Of a stretch of DNA of 38,473 nt, positions 35,298 through 38,473 are shown piece by piece. This DNA comes from Methanomassiliicoccales archaeon. Its GTDB lineage: Archaea; Thermoplasmatota; Thermoplasmata; Methanomassiliicoccales; UBA472. Under the pieces are notes generated by a model. It had not been told where the DNA came from, searched no databases, and worked only from the letters and a program-made list of their open reading frames with translations. Made by a program: the position numbers and the translations under genes. How positions within the stretch are numbered: position 1 is the stretch's first letter; every line of letters starts with the position of its first letter. The DNA is taken from assembly GCA_016926075.1 (NCBI GenBank), contig JAFGPG010000001.1, positions 1-38,473 on the forward strand, given 5' to 3'.

Positions 35298-36560
35298 TTG
35301 TTGGACGTGAACGTGATCAGGAACGACCCGGAGGCCATACGTGCCATGCTCAGGAACCGTACCTACAGCGAGGACCTGCTGGACCGGTTCCTGGAGATCG
35401 ATGGGGAATGGAGGACTAGCGTCGAGGAGGGCAATCGTCTGCGCAGGTTGAGGAACGAGGCCTCCCTGCGCATCTCGAAGGTGAGCGGGAAGGAGAAGGC
35501 CGAGGCGATCAAAGAGATGAAGGAGGTGGCCTCCCGAATAGGTGAGCTGGACGCCGCCATCGCCGATCTCGAGGCCCAGAGGAACGAGGCGATACTGCTT
35601 TTCCCCAACATACCGCACCGATCGGTCCCGGTGGGGGATTGTTACGAGAGGAACGTCCTGATCTCCACGTTCGGTCAGGAGAGGAGGTTCGATTTCCAGC
35701 CTAAGGACCACATCGCTCTCGGGGAGGACCTGGACATCATAGACTTCCAGAGAGGTGTCAAGGTGGCGGGGAGCGGCTTCTTTGTGCTGAAGGGGGACGG
35801 GGCTCGATTGGAGAGGGCGCTCATCAATTATATGCTGGACCTGCATCATGAACAGGGATACATGGAGGTCTTCCCTCCGGTGGTGATCAACCGGGCGGCG
35901 GTCGTGGGCACCGGACAGTATCCCAAGCTCAAGGAGGACATGTACTGGTGCGAGCGGGACGATCTGTGGCTGAACCCTACGGCGGAGGTTCCGGTGACCA
36001 ACCTGCTGCAGGACGATATCCTGGCCAAGGAGGACCTGCCCATCTACTACACCGCTTACCTGCCCTCCTTCCGGCGAGAGGCTGGGCGCCATGCGGAGAT
36101 GAAGGGGATGATCCGTGTGCATCAGTTCAACAAGGTCGAGCTGGTCAAGTTCGTACTGCCGGATAGCTCCTTCGAGGAGCTGGAGTTGTTGGTGCGGGAC
36201 GCTCAGGAGGTGCTGATGGGGCTGGGATTGCCCTTCCGGACCATGCTGTTGTGTACCGGGGACATGGGGTTCGCCTCCTCCAAGACCTATGATCTGGAGG
36301 CGCATGCTCCAGGCACCAATGGCTGGCTGGAGGTCTCCTCGTGCAGTTGTTTCACCGATTTCCAGGCCCGCCGGGCCAGGGTGAAGTACAGGCCCGAACC
36401 GCACCTCAAGAGCGAGTTCGTGCATACCCTGAACGGTTCTGGGCTGGCCCTGCCACGTACCATGGTCTCGATCATGGAGAACTATCAGGACAGCGGGGGC
36501 CGTATCGAAATTCCCAAGGTCCTACGTCCTTACATGCAAGGGCAGGAGCTCATAGAATAG
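35298..36560 (+). CDS. serS: Serine--tRNA ligase, standard (bacterial/eukaryal) type
   Basis: MLDV..IR, PNIPH.SVP.G, GTGQ.PK, PTAEVP, FRREAG, RVHQFNKVEL, EVSSCS..TDFQARR, HTLNGSGLA; start could be ATG 35292. Confidence 0.97.
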   Translation: MLDVNVIRNDPEAIRAMLRNRTYSEDLLDRFLEIDGEWRTSVEEGNRLRRLRNEASLRISKVSGKEKAEAIKEMKEVASRIGELDAAIADLEAQRNEAILLFPNIPHRSVPVGDCYERNVLISTFGQERRFDFQPKDHIALGEDLDIIDFQRGVKVAGSGFFVLKGDGARLERALINYMLDLHHEQGYMEVFPPVVINRAAVVGTGQYPKLKEDMYWCERDDLWLNPTAEVPVTNLLQDDILAKEDLPIYYTAYLPSFRREAGRHAEMKGMIRVHQFNKVELVKFVLPDSSFEELELLVRDAQEVLMGLGLPFRTMLLCTGDMGFASSKTYDLEAHAPGTNGWLEVSSCSCFTDFQARRARVKYRPEPHLKSEFVHTLNGSGLALPRTMVSIMENYQDSGGRIEIPKVLRPYMQGQELIE

Positions 36561-36632
36561 GGGGATGGATCTCTTAGACCGCGGGAGGACCTTATTGTTC
36601 TGGTCCCGCTCGGTGGAGGTCGTATTCGGCCT

Positions 36633-36860
36633 CTACTCTTTTTCCTCTTCCTCCCCCTCTTCTTTTTCCTCGGACCCCTCTTCCTCTTCAATATCCTCAT
36701 ATCCCATGAAGTCGAAGAGGTCCTCCTCGAGGCCCTTCAATACCTCTATGGCCTCTTCCTGTTCGCCTTCCTCAAGAAGGTCGATGGCCAGGGTGACCTG
36801 GTCTAAAAAGTCTTCTAGGGTGCAGTCGAGCTCCTCGATCAGATCGTTCAGGCTAACCAT
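36633..36860 (-). CDS. Small highly acidic hypothetical protein (75 aa)
   Basis: GAGGT SD before ATG; amphipathic helical pattern; 33 of 75 residues D/E. Confidence 0.75.
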   Translation of the reverse strand: MVSLNDLIEELDCTLEDFLDQVTLAIDLLEEGEQEEAIEVLKGLEEDLFDFMGYEDIEEEEGSEEKEEGEEEEKE

Positions 36861-36881
36861 GCGTCTTACCTCGTTCTCTGA

Positions 36882-36916
36882 TATCTATTGCCAATAGATA
36901 AGATATAGGGTATATC
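36882..36916. promoter_or_regulatory. Two adjacent palindromes (candidate operators) upstream of the acidic-protein gene
   Basis: TATCTATTG-C-CAATAGATA (36882-36900) and GATATA-GGG-TATATC (36902-36916). Confidence 0.6.
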
Positions 36917-36944
36917 GACCGTCTCCGGGAGCAGCGCGGCCCCA

Positions 36945-38473
36945 TCACCATCCAACCGCCTCATGCACGGAGGCCTTGCATAGCCATATGTCCACCAGGT
37001 CCCCCGCCGGCACATGGGGCAGCGAAAGGACCTGGGAAGGCACCCCGCAGATGCCTGCCCCGGCCCTCAACCCCCACCCCGCCCCCTTCTCTCCGAAGAG
37101 GGCGGAGAGCAGGGCCAGGTTGGCCTCCATGGAACTGACGTATTGCACCTCCAGGTCCGTCCCGGGCATCGAGACCATGCTTGGCAGACCGATCCCCCCG
37201 AAGGCGGACGCCCCGAACCAAAGATCATCTTTGGACAAAGGGGCGGAATTGGCCACCTGGAACGGGTTGATGAACCCCTGGAGCAGGGAACCGGATGATC
37301 CGGCCAGTGTGTCTAGCATCTCGCCCAACGTACCACATTGCAGACAAAGCTCCACGCGCAGTCCCGCCCTGATGGCCGATGTGTAGTCATTGGCCGCCAC
37401 TTCCAAGAACATGCCCACCTCCACCTCTCTTCCCAATACCTCGTTCGCCAGCCTCAGTATGAGGTGCAGGATGGTGGAGCTTAGGGTATCGGACAGGGTC
37501 TGTAAAGTGGGCGGGCCGGAGCTCAGTTGATAGAGGGATTCGGTGACCGCGGCAACGAAGGCCTCCTGGAACGGAGGGATGTCGATGAGGGTGAAGGGGT
37601 CGATCCCGTTGCCGTACCCCTTGGTCCCGCTCCTGAACTCCCAGCGGTCCGCTCCGTCCTGCGCCCTCTGCCATGTCCGTCCGTCGTTCCAATGGTCGGT
37701 GCTGAAAGGGGTGTTGTCCACTCTGCGGCCATCGCTGTCGCACAGCAAGATGCTCTCCTGTTCCGGGAACTCATTCCCTTGATTGTCCAGGGCTTGATGG
37801 GGGAAGTGGTACACTAGCCGTTCCTTGGGCATGAGCATCGCGGAACCGATGGGGACCAGGGCTTCCGTGCCATGCGTGGTCCGCACCGTCCATCCGACCA
37901 GGTTCACCGCCTCGGAGGTCGGGTTGTACAGCTCTATCCATTCGTTCCCCGCATCCTCCCCGACGGGGTTCAGTTCGTACTCGTTGATGACCACGTTGTC
38001 CGTCCGGGCCCTCAACAACCTCACGTAGATCCCTGTGTCGAGACTGCCCTTGACCCCGGGCAGGGGGATGGGGATGCTGGACAGAAGCTTTCCCACCCCC
38101 GGTATGTCGGAAAGGGAAAGGGAGATCTTCTGATAGCAGACCAGCTCAGGCATGACGAGTTCGATGCAGGCACCGTCGACAATGCCACGAAGTTCGACCA
38201 TGTGCTGGAAGGTGTCCATGAAGGGATCGAGCACCAGATACACCGACCAGTCGTCACCGCACAGTGTAGCGTTGGTCAATAGCCCATGACCGTCATGCAC
38301 CTTGGTGAGGCGGGTGGTGATCGAGATATGGCAGCCATTGGCCATGAGGTCCATGGCAAGGGCGGCGGGCACGCCCACTCCCGGCAACACCAGTTCCTTG
38401 GGATGGACCATGAGGGTAACGGTCAACCCGAAGAGGCTGAACCTATAGTACCTGGGGCCTATGACGTCGGCCA
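36945..38473 (-). CDS. Large lamin-tail-domain (LTD) protein, 5'-truncated
   Basis: VVINEYELNP.GED.GNEWIELYNP....VNL.GWTV, ND.RTWQR..DG; frame stays open to window edge. Confidence 0.8.
   Translation of the reverse strand, partial: ADVIGPRYYRFSLFGLTVTLMVHPKELVLPGVGVPAALAMDLMANGCHISITTRLTKVHDGHGLLTNATLCGDDWSVYLVLDPFMDTFQHMVELRGIVDGACIELVMPELVCYQKISLSLSDIPGVGKLLSSIPIPLPGVKGSLDTGIYVRLLRARTDNVVINEYELNPVGEDAGNEWIELYNPTSEAVNLVGWTVRTTHGTEALVPIGSAMLMPKERLVYHFPHQALDNQGNEFPEQESILLCDSDGRRVDNTPFSTDHWNDGRTWQRAQDGADRWEFRSGTKGYGNGIDPFTLIDIPPFQEAFVAAVTESLYQLSSGPPTLQTLSDTLSSTILHLILRLANEVLGREVEVGMFLEVAANDYTSAIRAGLRVELCLQCGTLGEMLDTLAGSSGSLLQGFINPFQVANSAPLSKDDLWFGASAFGGIGLPSMVSMPGTDLEVQYVSSMEANLALLSALFGEKGAGWGLRAGAGICGVPSQVLSLPHVPAGDLVDIWLCKASVHEAVGW

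Noticed and set aside
18812-36425. Long antisense ORFs (18812-19903, 20016-21440, 28629-29969, 35280-36425 and similar)
   Set aside because: Mirror frames of real genes, expected at high GC3; no motifs of their own
36578-36614. GC hairpin between serS and the acidic-protein gene
   Set aside because: Imperfect stem between convergent genes; most simply a 3'-end structure
1-38473. In-frame TAG/TGA recoding (Pyl/Sec), inteins, CRISPR arrays, IS elements
   Set aside because: Recognised proteins appear full length at their stops; no repeat-spacer arrays, transposases or intein motifs seen

Overview
GC-rich archaeal chromosomal housekeeping region. Archaeal-type ThrRS, L10e, Dph2, Rpp21, ThiD-ThiN, CCA-less tRNAs and TATA-type promoters indicate an archaeon. 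The MtxX marker and overall gene content suggest a methanogen, probably Methanomassiliicoccales-like (inference, no search run). Contents: two tRNAs (Arg-CCT, Thr-TGT); a divergent acetyl-type arginine cluster (argCJBD, HTH-ACT protein, second class-III aminotransferase, cupin // MFS, argG, argH); thiDN; two GT4 glycosyltransferases; a DedA-like protein; two FKBP PPIases; thrS; a leuA/cimA-leuC-leuD-leuB operon followed by an acetolactate decarboxylase; queD-queC-queE; mtxX; dph2; a CPA1 antiporter; rpl10e; a GNAT; rnp4-yhbY-serS; a small hyper-acidic protein; and the 3' part of a lamin-tail-domain protein. No mobile element or CRISPR array was seen. The best novel candidate is a short uORF with its own SD in the leu operon leader. 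It encodes Ile-Val-Val and Leu-Leu and overlaps mutually exclusive pairings, one of which covers the leuA SD, resembling bacterial ribosome-mediated attenuation in an archaeon. All product calls come from motif recognition only; several start codons were adjusted from the ORF track using SD position and family N-termini.
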